From Narcine bancroftii (Eukaryota): a DNA stretch of 64,000 bases. Of the stretch, positions 34,201 to 45,895 are shown piece after piece. Position 1 is the first letter of the stretch; every line of letters starts with the position of its first letter. The stretch is from NCBI RefSeq assembly GCF_036971445.1, contig NC_091475.1, positions 189,906,001 to 189,970,000 on the forward strand. The letters are read 5' to 3'. The notes below the pieces were generated by a model that worked only from the letters and a program-made list of their open reading frames with translations, had not been told where the DNA came from and made no database searches. The translations under genes and the position numbers were made by a program.

Positions 34201-35984
34201 CCGCCTGCACCCTCATGCCTTAGTAGGGTTCGGGGGCTTCCAGGACCACATGCTACTATTATCCATAAGAGCCTTTTTAACCAATTGTTGTATCTCATCA
34301 CGGGTAACTGGAGCAAGAGAAGCTAGCTCGATAGGAGCAGCAGTGGAAGCAGAAGGCACAGTTGGGCCAGGAAGACTCAACAGCTGGGGATGATGTTCCC
34401 CTGCTTATAAAGGGCATAAAGGATCGTGGTAGGTTTCCCATCAATATCACTTTTAGGTACGCCTAACTTTAAAAAGGTTAGAAAAAGGTCCTTTCTTGTC
34501 GGTCCGTTATTAGCAGCAGGCCCTCTCTTTTCATCTTGCTTGTCTGATTTAACCTGGGTTGTACGTGAGTGGATTTTACCTCCCAACTCTAATTCTCTAA
34601 GCCCAGATAAGGCATGCACCGCCTCAGACACAGGGTGCCCAATTAACGGACTAGTTACGGACAGAACCAGTCCCCGTACAGTGGGTTGGGCGGAACGAAC
34701 CAATCGGGTATGCATTCCGGCCGTGAATATCTCTTCGTCAGGGCTCCCCCCATGTACCCACAGCCTCAAACGCCCTGCATACAAGGCAGAGGCCAGGGCC
34801 AGTTGACGAATTACTGCTATGCCCTCCTCTGGGGTGCCCCAATTGTTCTGCAAATGTAAATCCCAATCTACTGGTGATGGGTATACTCATAACAGAGCAT
34901 CCCCTAGAGTGGCAAGTAAGTAATCCACCCCTCTCCTTCTACCATGTAGCTCAGCAGTGACCCGGATATCAGTAGTCAATGTTCCTAATCCCAACGATTC
35001 CTCAGGGGTTAAATATATATTACTCTCTCCTTGTTCCCAAACACGCAGGAGCCAGGCCGCCAGAGTTTCTCCCGTCTTTTGCCTAAATCGATCTCCAATG
35101 GTGGCCAGCTCTTTTATAGAGAAGTCACGTATCGTTGACTGCTCCCAACCCCTTCCCACTTTGGGCCACAGGGTCCTCTGCCCAGTGGACAGGAGGATGC
35201 CCAAGCCATCCCTTAGATGGGGGGGCATTGAGAACAAGCAGGGGTTCGGGTACCTTCCCCTGAATCCGCTTGGGAGGCCAGGACATCATCTATCCCTTCA
35301 TTCTCTCCATTTACATCATCCCCCCTTCTATCTTTGTTTGTTTGGAAAGTCCACTACCTTACGGGGCAGGTGTGAACAGCGGGTGGAGAGGGGAGTATGT
35401 CAGGCACATGCTGAGGAGTATCTGCATTATTACCATGGTCATCATTCCAGATATTCCCATCCCATTCATCAATTACATCAGGATCGTCGCCATTCCTTAT
35501 CATGGCACGAATACGATGTGGGTCGGGTTCTACCCCTTGCTTTTCCTTACCTGCACAGAGCTGCTGCCGGAGTTTAATATTACGGCAAATTGTTTGGACA
35601 TGCTTATCCTCCCATTCTTTGGCTCGGTCCTGACTGGTGCCAACATTCTCGCTCATCATGGAACAGTGTTGTCACGTGGCTTCTATCTCCTCCTCTAGTT
35701 GCTCTCTCTTGTGCTGGGATTCTACTTCTCGCTGTACAGATTCTGCTTCACGCTGAACAGCGCGGCGTAAGGCTGTGGCCAGCAGCCAAAAACCATCCGT
35801 CAGCGTCCCCATTTTAACAGGAAATTTACTTTCTCGAAGGAGAGTGGCAACCTGCTCTCCCAGAAGTGCACTTGATGGATCTAACCTTTCATCCCAACTA
35901 ATGGGTGGTCAACATGCCAAACCCATCGTCTTTAGAAGTCCATCCGGGAATCAAGAACTGCGCAGGGCTCACCTCAAGAAACAT
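34200..35984 (-). pseudogene. gag: ERV class III gag (MuERV-L/Fv1-like), disrupted
   Basis: RIRAMI..EWDGNIWNDD; FSIKEL..FRQKTGETLAAWLLRVWEQG; WGTPEEGIAVIRQL; SPDEEIFTAGMHTRLVRSA align by eye to recalled ERV-L gag blocks. Confidence 0.88.
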
Positions 35985-35994
35985 CTTGAGACCA

Positions 35995-36012
35995 ATCCTG
36001 CCAACTATACCA
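35995..36012 (-). promoter_or_regulatory. Primer binding site, tRNA-Ser
   Basis: TGGTATAGTTGGCAGGAT 2 nt after the LTR; matches tRNA-Ser PBS TGGCGTAGTCGGCAGGAT apart from CpG transitions. Confidence 0.87.
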
Positions 36013-36014
36013 AT

Positions 36015-36576
36015 TGTCCTGGGTAAACTTGTACCTCTCACTTTGTTCATTTTAGATTCATCACAGTGTTTGAGCTACCGAAAGAAAACAGACATACACA
36101 CCAAGAGCACCTCAGTTTATACAAATCTTTATAACTAAATCTAAAGCTGAATTCAAACTACAATATGCAAACCCTTCCCAATTATACTCATCAACGCCTA
36201 GACTGGTCCCAACTGCCAAAGCGAGGCAATGACCACACACTTGTAGTAGGTTGTCTGGGTGCCGGTAGCAGCTTCTCCACCTCCCCCAACCGGGACGTTG
36301 GTTGGAGTCTAGAAGTTCTTCTTCTTTCTGAGAGATGTTGCCACCTCTTGGAGAGTCTCAAAATTCAGCAGTGGGACCATGGCTTATATTACCCAAAAAT
36401 TGTTTACTCATAGCTTATCTCTTTGAATAAATGATTTAATTATCTTCAAGGTCTCCTGACAGTCTGCGACCAACAAAAGACAACTGCATCTCTGGGCCTC
36501 ATGGTGGAAATTAGATAATGTCTACTGATGCAACTGCATCCCTTCTTGCATAAGCTGGTCTAAATCCTCCATTACA
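36015..36576 (-). repeat. ERV 5' LTR (562 bp)
   Basis: TG..CA termini on minus strand, followed by PBS and gag. Confidence 0.93.
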
Positions 36577-36602
36577 GATAGACACATTGATCAGCCCATT
36601 TT

Positions 36603-36970
36603 AACATGGAACATTACAGGACAGTACAGGGCCTTCAGCCCATGATGTTGTGCTGACCAATGTAAACCAATTCAAAAAATGAAACTTCCTCTACCCCATA
36701 ACTTTCTATTTTTCTTTCATCCATGTGCCTATCTAGGAGTTTTTTTTTAAATGTCCCTTTTATACCAACCTCCACCACCACCCTTGGAAAGACACTCCTG
36801 CCACCCACTACTCTCTGACTACTCTCTGTGGGGGGGAAAAAAAACTTACCCCTGACTTCTCCCCTAAACTTTCCTCACCTCACCTTGCACAGATGTCCTC
36901 TCGTGTTCACTACTCTCACCCTGGGAAGAAGGTGTGGGCTGTCCCCTCTATCTATGCCTCTCATAATCCT
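36603..36970 (-). mobile_element. CR1/HER1 LINE 3' fragment
   Basis: Tail acatggaacattacaggacagtacagggcc; ORF2 end (cccctaaactttcctc, tatctatgcctctcataat). Confidence 0.8.
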
Positions 36971-37070
36971 ACATCTGAACTACTGTGGGTTAAAACAAGC
37001 AGTACCTGCCACCCCCTTCCACAAAGTACAGGTGCAGTTCACAGACTAAAGAACCTATCTAGCTACAGAT

Positions 37071-37300
37071 TGGGGGTGGCATGGTGAGTGTAGCAATTAG
37101 CACAATGCTTTTACAGTGCCAGCGACCCAGGTTCAAATCTGGTGCTGTCTGTAAGGAGTTTGCGCATTCTCCCTGTGTCTCCATCAGTTTTCTCCCCACC
37201 CTCCAAAAAACATGTGCAGTTTGTAGGTTAATTGGTGTATTTGGGCAGCAGAGAGGCTATGGGCTGGAAGGCCTGTTATCGCACTGCATGTCTAAATTTT
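37071..37300 (+). mobile_element. V-SINE (HE1-like)
   Basis: Head gggtggcatggtgagtgtagc, B box caggttcaaatc, tail ggcctgttatcgcactgcatgtct. Confidence 0.82.
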
Positions 37301-38104
37301 AAAATTATTTTGTTTTTAACATACAAGTTAAACAGGGTGAACCACAATGATTCACTCAGGTATGTCACAGACCGACTCCCCCTACCCATTATGTACACAC
37401 TTCACAAAAGGTTCCCCAACACAGCCAGAAATGGGTTCAGGATAATGAGACAAGTAAATTAGCACACAAGGCGAGAGACTGGCTTAGGTATTAACTAAAA
37501 GTGAGGGGGATGACCATTTTCAAGATGACTTAGTTTGAGGTATTATATCACATCTTTAAAGCAGAAGATGACCAATTGGGACGGGGTGGAGGGGGAGGGA
37601 GTTGTAAGCAGGGGTAGTCTATAGGGAGGTTTGATGTTGATTGACAAGAAGTCACCTACAACCTTTCAGACCAGGGAGGTAATGCACCATGTTACAGAGT
37701 TCTATGCAAAGAACCATTTTCATTTCAAGAACTTATCCACTGGAGAGTATTGACAACAACTGGATCTCAACCCAAGCATCCCTATGGTATTAAAGTCAAC
37801 CATGATTTTTGTCATTTTCTACTTCGAGAAAAATGGATTTAACAGATCAGGCTGCCTACCTTTGGAACAAAACACAAATTTATGAACAATTCCAAATAGG
37901 TCATTCAACTTAGCAACAAATTGTCAAGGAAAATGTGAGAATCTTTTTTTTGTTAAATGACTGAGTGCTTTGAACATCATTTTATGCATCTATAACAATC
38001 ATGTTATTTAAGTGAATCATCCATTAATTTCTGACCAGGTTTAAACCAATATATCTTTGACCGCCAACATGATATGAATGAGCTCATTTCTTCCCTCCCA
38101 ATAG

Positions 38105-38714
38105 GATTGGACAATGAAGATTTTGCTACCTGAACACTTTTGGGTATGCTTTATGGATTTTGGGCTACTGATCATGAAAATCACCTTAAAGTTTCCTATC
38201 ACATACCGTTGTTTCAATACAACCTATTTTTGTGATTTCTTGTCATATTTTAAGTCTACTTTAAGCGTACAAAACCATGACCACGAACATACAAAACAAA
38301 AAAGGTGTCACTGAAAATTCATTTTCTGCATTCGCACTTGGACTTCTTCCCTGCTGATCTTGGTGCAGTCAGTGAAGAAAATGGTGAAAGGTTTCACCAG
38401 GACATTGTGACCATGGAAAAGCAGTATCAGGGCGACTGGAATCCATCGATGCTGGTCGACTATTGTGGGACACTGACACAAGAGGCATCAGAGTATAAAT
38501 TAAAATCAGCTGCAAAACATTTTAGGTCAGTTGAACTAGCGCAATGTGTCAGCGTCATTGTGCAATTGAACATGCTAAATTCAATACAAGTTAATTTAAT
38601 GATGGTCCAACTTTCTATGTGATACAGCAAATCTGAAAATATCTTTGCGTTCACTTGAAGCTGTCTATCATAATCTCCAATTTTTTTTTCAGGAAAAAAA
38701 ATTGTTGTCCAGTG
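38105..38714 (+). mobile_element. Chapaev3-like (CMC) DNA transposon, deletion derivative
   Basis: Transposase C-terminus MSLKIHFLHSHLDFFPADLGAVSEENGERFHQDI..MEKQYQG..MLVDYC; right end GTTGTCCAGTG, left end gattggacaa (cf. CACTGGACAAC at 53368); flanks TAG/TAA. Confidence 0.8.
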
Positions 38715-39123
38715 TAATCAATTCCATTGAAGTCAATGCAATTGCTTATCAGGAAGGTAGTTCAATGGGCATACAGAGCTATAGAACTCAGAACACATTT
38801 GTGGAGCAGTAGAGGGACAGATAACAGTGAAGGAAAGTACCATTGGAAGGACACGGAGCTGTGGTAGCGTTGTATGGGTGAGAATGTGGTCCGAGAGCAG
38901 GAGCGCAGTGGAGGTCAGAGAGGGGGAGCAGTGAGAGAATTTCTCACAGAACTCCCTTGGGACAACATGGCAGCAATGACAATTACCAAAGAAGCAGCAT
39001 GTGGGATATCAAGGTCGGAGACAAAAACAACAAGATGTGGAGCAGGTTCTTATCATGACGGGAGATTTGAGATACATTTAAATAATTCTAAAATGCAGGG
39101 AATTTCAAATGCTTCTTCTAGAG

Positions 39124-40051
39124 CAGGGGTGTCAAACTCAAATTCACGGAGGTCCAAAATTAAAAACTTGGACTAAGTCGAGGGCCGAACTAAATATTTA
39201 TTGAAAATTTTCAACAACATCTGCATGTTTTCTCTTCTTTCAACATATGCAATGTTAAACTTTTTCTTATTAAAATAAATGTTTAATAATAGTTTTGGAT
39301 AAACTCTTTCCAGAAGCATTAACAAATGAGAAATAAAATATTCAATAAATAATATTTCTCTATAGAGGATTTGTCAAATGTTGCTAGTGTGCTGTCAAAT
39401 AGTAAAATCTGAGGGCTATTGAGAATGTGGGAGAATAACATGATTCCTGAAACAATCAAATGGGTGACTGATTGTGGGCATGAACTCTAGCAGGGTTATT
39501 TGCCATGCCCTTTTTCCATTGGTACAGATATCCTTTGATTTACACACTTTTCAAGTTTTATGCCTAATGAACTTGTATCCAGGTGCAGGACCATTTTTAA
39601 CCAGGAATATATTTATCACTGTGACATGAAACTATTGGAAGATCATTTTATCCTGAGATTAAAGTTCATAATCCTTACTCAGGCCTGTGTGCGAGAGGGC
39701 GGGATTTGCGGGCGATCGGGTTGGACAACGACAATGCGGGGGCATCGGCTCTCGCAGCAGGGCGGCATCTCGGCGGATCAGCGGCCCCGTCACCGTGAGT
39801 CGCGGATCGGCCTGTGGCAGGGAGGGGGAGTGGGCAACGGTCCTGGCGAGGTCAGGCCCGAGGCCTCTGGTTCCGGGCGCTGGGAAGCGGCCTTGGCTTC
39901 CCCTGACACCGGCCAGGCCCCAAAACCAGAGTCCACGGTGAGACCCTGCAACGTAAACAGAGGAGGTGGGGGCGATTAGCAGGCTGACGCCAATGCATTC
40001 TGGGATTTGTTGTATTAAATTTGGCCTGCGGGCCAGAGTTTGACATGTGTG
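39124..40051. mobile_element. Non-autonomous hAT element; inverted sister of 7700-8695
   Basis: CAGGGGTGTCAAACTC..GAGTTTGACATGTGTG; perfect 8-bp TSD TTCTAGAG at 39116-39123 and 40052-40059. Confidence 0.95.
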
Positions 40052-40644
40052 TTCTAGAGATTTTAGGTGTCCTCAGAATATTCATGTTAGTGCAAAAACC
40101 CCACGGAATAGCATGCCTTTAATTTCCTTTCATCAGCCTGCCATGATGTAAAGCACAATATAAGAATAGAGTCGATTTCAACAATACTCAAGCAGTCCCA
40201 GAAGGCCAACAATCCTGCAGGTATCTTCTAAATGCCTCATTAGTTCTGTCCTTGGCTTTTTGACAAGGTGCCTGCCTGTGGCGCAACAGTGCACTGCAGT
40301 CTTTTAAACAAATGGCAGTGCAGCTCAGAGGTCTGCTGGGGGCAGGGCATAAATGTGAAGATGTCTGAGACTTTCACCTGCAATTATTGTCGTTCATAGC
40401 CACTCAAGGAGTACAAAAACTGCCCTATGACCTGCGAGATCACCGCTCTTTCTCTAACACAGCAGATTATGTTTAATCTCCATTGGTTTTATTGACTTTT
40501 CTCTTCTGTGTGGATCGAGTCACACAGTATAGAAACAGACTCCTTGAGGCATCATAATTGTTTATTTGGGAATTCTTCAACCTCACCTTTGGACCTTCCC
40601 TTCCTCATTAAACTCCAATTTTAATCAGTTTTAAACTTGTCCAG

Positions 40645-41192
40645 TAGATGTATGCATAATTTGAGAGATTGAATCGTCAGGGACTGTACTCACTGGAATT
40701 TAGAAAAAGGAGAGAGGATCTTATAGAAACATATAAAATTATGAAAGGCATAGATAAGATAGAGTATGCAAGTTGTTTCCATTGGTGGGGGAGAATAGAA
40801 CTAGGGGAAATAGTCTCAAGATTCAGGGTAGTCGATTTAGGATGGAGATGAGGAGGAACTGCTTTTCCCAGAGGGTGGTGGAGCTGTGGAATTTGCTGTC
40901 CATTGAAGCAGTGGAGGCTACGTCAGTAAATATATTTACAGCCACAAACGAGCCTGCAGCTGACGTGGACTTTTACCCCCTCCTTAAATCTTCGTCCGCG
41001 AAGCCAAGCCAAAGAAGAAATATATTTAAGACAAGGTTGATAGATTTTCACATAGTAGGGGAATTAAGGGATATGGGCAAAAAACACAGATAGGTGGAGA
41101 TGAACCTATTATCAGATCAGTTATGATCTCATTGAGTGGCAGAGCAGGCTTGATGGGCTGGATGGCCTACTCCTGCTCTATTTCTTTATGTC
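40645..41192 (+). mobile_element. CR1/HER1 LINE 3' end with nested RTE fragment
   Basis: GLYSLEFRKRREDLIETYKIMKG..FSQRVVELWN and CR1 tail. Confidence 0.9.
40939..41017 (+). mobile_element. 79-bp 5'-truncated RTE insertion
   Basis: RTE 3' end with 11-bp TSD AAATATATTTA at 40928-40938 and 41018-41028. Confidence 0.93.
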
Positions 41193-42357
41193 CTTATCCC
41201 CAATAAAGACAGACTTGCTTAAAATCACCAGGCCAAAAAGGGGACATCTGGTGGAAATTTACTTCAGTGCAATTGAGAGGGTAACTTTTGTGCGTAGCTT
41301 TGTGCCCAACATTGCACTTGTAAAAATTCTGAATTACCAGTCTTTTGCATTGTTACACACTTCAAATGTCTGTATTTCTTTTTTACAAGATGAGCGTAAA
41401 CAAGATATGTGCCATGTGTCAATGTGTTGGGGGATAGAGCTCACATTGCGTGAAATGTGGAGGTAAAATGGTCTGGGAAGTCCAAGGCCAGACATGGGGG
41501 TGTTGACCCCTCTCCCACCTCTCCAAAAATTGGACCGGGGGTTTCATTAGGCAGAGGTAAAAATTGCAGTGCTTGGGGCTTCTCCACCAAAAAGGCAAAT
41601 GGAAGCACTCACCTGAACCCATTCATATCCTACATTTCTGAGAAGGCAAATTTTATTTCTTTAAGGAGACCTAAGAGATCCTGTGATTTTTTTTTTCTTT
41701 CAATTAGAGCTTATTCTCCTGTTGATGGCCCCTTCATTGTGCATGCACGGTCCCATTTTATAGCAGTATCATCAAATCTATATTGACATACTGTTGCAAG
41801 TTCACCATCGTTGTGTATGGTGGTGCCAGGCACAGACGGACGGACAATTGTGTTATGAGCTGAGCCGAGCACAAAGCCCTGATTTAATACAGCGATTAAT
41901 TGTGCACCTCAATTGCATCCTGCTAAGCATAAAAGCCACACAGGCGAATAAATTAAAATAATGTAAAACTTTGACCTTCACAATCAGTGGACTTGGATGA
42001 ATGCTCCCACGTTAAGGACATTTTTTCAAGTTGTATCATCTTGTATAATGTACAAATTCTATGAAATAAATATGGATATTAAAACGTACAGATTGTAACG
42101 TAAAGTGACGGTCCACTTAGCCACTAATTGAACACAGCAAGAGTCAATGTATCAAGAGAAATGAATGATCACTGAGGAGCAAAGTTCGTTAAAGGGTCCA
42201 GAAAAAAGGGGCTGGGGGGGGTGGGGGGGATCTCATTCAAATGTTTTTGAAAATATGTCAACCTTCAGTTCTGAACACCCATTACCACCGTTGCTTATCA
42301 TGTCCTGGTGAAGACTCCATGTACTACTCATGATAATGTAGTGCTATCATAATAATG

Positions 42358-42690
42358 AGAGTGGAGCAAATTACAACCTGCTGGAGGAGCATCAGAGGGA
42401 AACATCTAGGTTTTGGGCTGGAATCCTTCATCGGGACAGGGAATGCAGAGTGGGAGGGATCGGACAGGGGTTGGGGGGGGGGCGGGGGGTGGAATTCATG
42501 AAGCAGGTAGATGAAGCAGAAGATTACCCCACCTGCCTCCCCTCTGCACTTTCAGTCTTGAGGATGGGTTCCAGGCCGAAACATTGACAATTCATTTCCT
42601 CCCACTGATGTTTCTTGACCTGCTGGGTTCCTTTGGCAGATTGTGATTTGTTCCAGATTCCACCATCTGCAGTCTCCTGTGTGTCTCCAG
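42358..42690. mobile_element. Short non-autonomous Penelope derivative with inverted tails
   Basis: Minus tail with hammerhead-like motif at 42405-42437; plus tail ttgaggatgggttccaggccgaaac..acctgctgggttcc..catctgcagtc. Confidence 0.75.
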
Positions 42691-43109
42691 TGATAGAGCA
42701 AATGTGTGAGTAACTTGAACTCCGTGAACTAGCTGTGCTTGGATAAGGTGGGATGTGAAATCTCAAACCTCAACCAGGCTTGGTCATAATAATGCTCAAG
42801 TTTCTAATTATATCCACAAGTATAATGTACACATGCATCAAATTTGTATTTGTTGTGCCAAACAGGTATTGATATTTTTTTTAAAAAAATTACAATAGTT
42901 TACATTTCATTGCCCCAGTACACAAAGAGATAATAAATTTGAAATATAGATCATAAATATTCATAGCTACAGTTAGTGCAAGAAAAAGCAGCTCAGGAAA
43001 TGAAATAATTGCAAAAATGCAGATAGGACTTTTTGTGACATGAACTTTCTCAGAAATTCTGAGATACTGGGACAATTTTACTCCTTGTGAGAGAATCCAG
43101 GACAAGGTC

Positions 43110-44110
43110 TAGAGTAAAGAACAAGACAGAAGAGCTGGAGGTCAGTAGGTCTAACAGCATCCATGGAAAGCATCAGGCAGCGGATTTGGGCCCGAGCCCT
43201 TCTTCAGGGATGCCAACTTTGGACAAATGCCTGAATAAGGTGGGGGAGGGAGGGAAGGAGCACAGGTGCATAGATGGAAGAAAGGAAATGAGTTAGGATG
43301 TGATATAGGGAGAGGGCTGAGAGAGGTGATCTCTGAAAGGAGGAAAGAAGGGAAGAGGAGCTGGAGGGAGGAAGGTGTAGGAGACAGACAAAGGAAAGAG
43401 AAGGAATTAAATGGAGTCAGATTCTATATCTCATTTCCATATTGGAATGTCCATAGCCTTATATAAATTGGAGGATAACTCCTTATATTCCATCTTGGCA
43501 GTCTCCAACAAGACACTATCTATACTGACCTCCAAACCCACCCTCCACTTTCTCTTTTTTACTTCCCCCTCACTTTCTGTAATCCCTCTCCTTCCCTTTC
43601 CCCTGCTCATCACTTACCTTTTCCTTCCTTCTAACACAGAGCACCATTCTCAGCCTGTTGACCCCCTCCCCATCACCTCCCAGCTCCTTTGCTTTGTTCC
43701 CCTCCTTCCAGCATACACCTATCACCTCTAGACCAGCACTCCTTTCCTTCCTTCCCCCAGCTTCTTATTCAGGCATCAGGCCAATCTTTGTATCCCCGAG
43801 GAAGGGCTCAGGCCTGAAACATTGAGTACATATTTTGCTTTCTATGGTAGCTGTGTGACCTGCTGGGTTTATCTTGTACTGACAATAACCACACCAGCAG
43901 TGCGAGTATAATGTAATAAACTAATATGTACACTAAGAGGTCTTGTCTCTCTGCAAGACGAACCCGGAAGGCTAGACTGTAGATCTGGACGGCTTTATAG
44001 ACAAGGTCACCGGGAGGACCCCTGGTGACCTAGTGGTGTGATTACATATCACCACATATCCAGCATCTTTTTTTGTATTGTCCTAGTTCACCAGCATCTG
44101 CAGACTTTGT
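43110..44110. mobile_element. Penelope element remnant with inverted tails, hosting a solo LTR
   Basis: Minus hammerhead-like motif 43176-43210; GIY-YIG C-terminal remnant KLEDNSL; plus motif 43795-43825; tail cagcatctgcagactt. Confidence 0.78.
43875..44056. mobile_element. Solo LTR (182 bp)
   Basis: TGT..ACA termini; near-TSD TATCT/TATCC; interrupts the Penelope tail motif acctgctgggttt|..cagcatc. Confidence 0.75.
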
Positions 44111-45214
44111 TTATTCATTTAAGATGGTGACAAGGAGGAATTTACTCTCTTAAATGATTATGAATCTTTAACTCCAGATTTAAAGGCCAATACAGGTTGA
44201 TTTTTTTGAGCAAAAATAGGAATATGAAGAAGATAGAGTAGAACAGAGTTGAGAGCAGGCTTCACCATATTAAAGGCAGAGTGAGCGTCAGGATGCATCT
44301 CTTATGCCTGGTCCTGACTCGTCTGTTCTTAGCCCGTCAGCTTCTGGTTCCAGCAGAGACTGGCCAGATGGGCACTTGCAAGTAGTGGAGGCAGCGAGCT
44401 CAACGAACTACTTTAATGACGCTGCATAAGCCAGATGCTATCTCTCTTTCTGCCTGACCTTTAGTAACCCAGTGCCGAAAGGGAGAGTTATTTCTGTGGA
44501 GTGCAGGTGGGGAGCAGGCTTGCATCTTCTAAGCTGCTTTGCTGCCCCAACCCACAATTACTAACATTCCTCTCACAGACCAGTGAACTTATCCTCTCAC
44601 CCTTTCAGACAACTCCCAGCATATTCAACCTTCAACACACTAGGCTGATCACTTCAGGGCTGAGAATTATAGGGTTCCCACAAGCAGCCTAGCCTCTCCA
44701 TCAAGCTGATGACTAGAAAGAGAAGCCACTATTAATTAAACCCACAACACACAATGGGTAGTTAAATTTTCATAATGCTTGGTGAGCTGTGGCTATCCTA
44801 ACAAAAATTCCTCCTAACCCATTAAATATCAGATCATTATCTCCCACACCATATAAAATATTAGCCTGCTGCTTAGGTTGGACTGTATTGGTGTTTTAAG
44901 AAGCTTATATTTCCTTAGGACATAACTTCTTACACAATACATTCCACAAAGTATGACTGAGATCACACATAGCTGTAGTTACATCAAGTTTCTTTAGAAA
45001 ATCTTCAAATATTGCATTTCCTAACTTTTACATCTCATTGCAGGGTGCTCATTGAATCTTTTTCTTCTCAGCTGAATCTTTTAGCAGTTGATCAGGATTC
45101 ACAAAATCCTGCTCGTATTTGGAGCGGAATGTGTTATTACTCCGAAGTTTAGAGAGCTGCAGTGCCTACATTTTTATTGCCGTTACTCCACCTCTAATAA
45201 AAAATAAAGTACTA

Positions 45215-45575
45215 AACACATGGTTGAAGCAAACAGTTAGAAGCTGGAAGTCCTCAGTGGTCAACACCGCTAGGTAGAAATGGCAGTCAATGTTTCGGGT
45301 TGTGACCCTTTATTGAGACTCGAAAGGGTCACGACCCGAAACACATTAACTCTCTCCTTGGATGTTGCCTCATTTGCTGAATCTTTCCAGCCTCTTTCAA
45401 TGTTTCGGCCCCAAACTTTGACAATTCTTTTTCACCAACAGTTGCTGCTTGACCTGCTCAGTTCCTCCAGCAGATTGTGCGTTGCTCCAGATTCCAACAT
45501 TTGCTGTCTCTCGTGTGTCATTCCCCAGGTTCTCATCGTTTACTCGAGCTTCCAGCATCTTCAGGTTTTGTACTT
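45215..45575. mobile_element. Penelope tail cluster (palindromic junction plus tandem partial tails)
   Basis: tgtttcgggttgtgacccttt..aaagggtcacgacccgaaaca palindrome; acctgctcagttcctccagca. Confidence 0.72.
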
Positions 45576-45644
45576 CTCATGCTTATTGCAGTTTGGCTAA
45601 TTACTGTTGGAGCTGGAGACTTGGTCATATGATTTTTGGAAATC

Positions 45645-45895
45645 TGGTTGGCACCATTGGCAGTTAGCGCAATGCCTTTACAGTGCCAGCGATTAGGACC
45701 GGGTTCGAATCTCACGCTGTCTGTAAGGAGCTTGTACGTTCTTCCTGTGTCTCCATGGGTTTTCCCTGAAAGGCTTTGGTTTCCTCCCACTGTTCAAAGC
45801 ATACTGGCAGTGTATGTTAATTGGGTGTAAATTGGGCAGCAAGGACTCGTGGGCCAAAATGGCCTGTAATCGTGCTGTATGTCTAAATTTAAAAA
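45645..45895 (+). mobile_element. V-SINE (HE1-like)
   Basis: B box GGGTTCGAATCT, core GGTTTCCTCCCAC, tail ggcctgtaatcgtgctgtatgtct. Confidence 0.88.

Larger units (their letters stand above)
31430..36576. mobile_element. Class III (ERV-S/ERV-L-like) endogenous retrovirus, rearranged: env-PPT-3'LTR on plus, 5'LTR-PBS-gag-pro on minus; pol absent
   Basis: Two homologous LTRs in inverted orientation, tRNA-Ser PBS, ERV-L-type gag and protease motifs, env TM motifs, 61-bp flanking direct repeat. Confidence 0.92.

Noticed and set aside
33405-36413. Pair of similar ORFs (33405-33671 and 36165-36413) suggesting a duplicated gene
   Set aside because: Both are antisense frames within the two ERV LTRs; one is frameshifted relative to the other and no domain is recognisable
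39560-39979. ORF conserved with 7868-8221, suggesting a small gene
   Set aside because: Similarity reflects two copies of the same non-autonomous transposon; high GC explains the open frames
45645-45730. tRNA gene (GGTTCGAATC B box)
   Set aside because: It is the tRNA-derived head of a V-SINE, followed by the SINE core and tail
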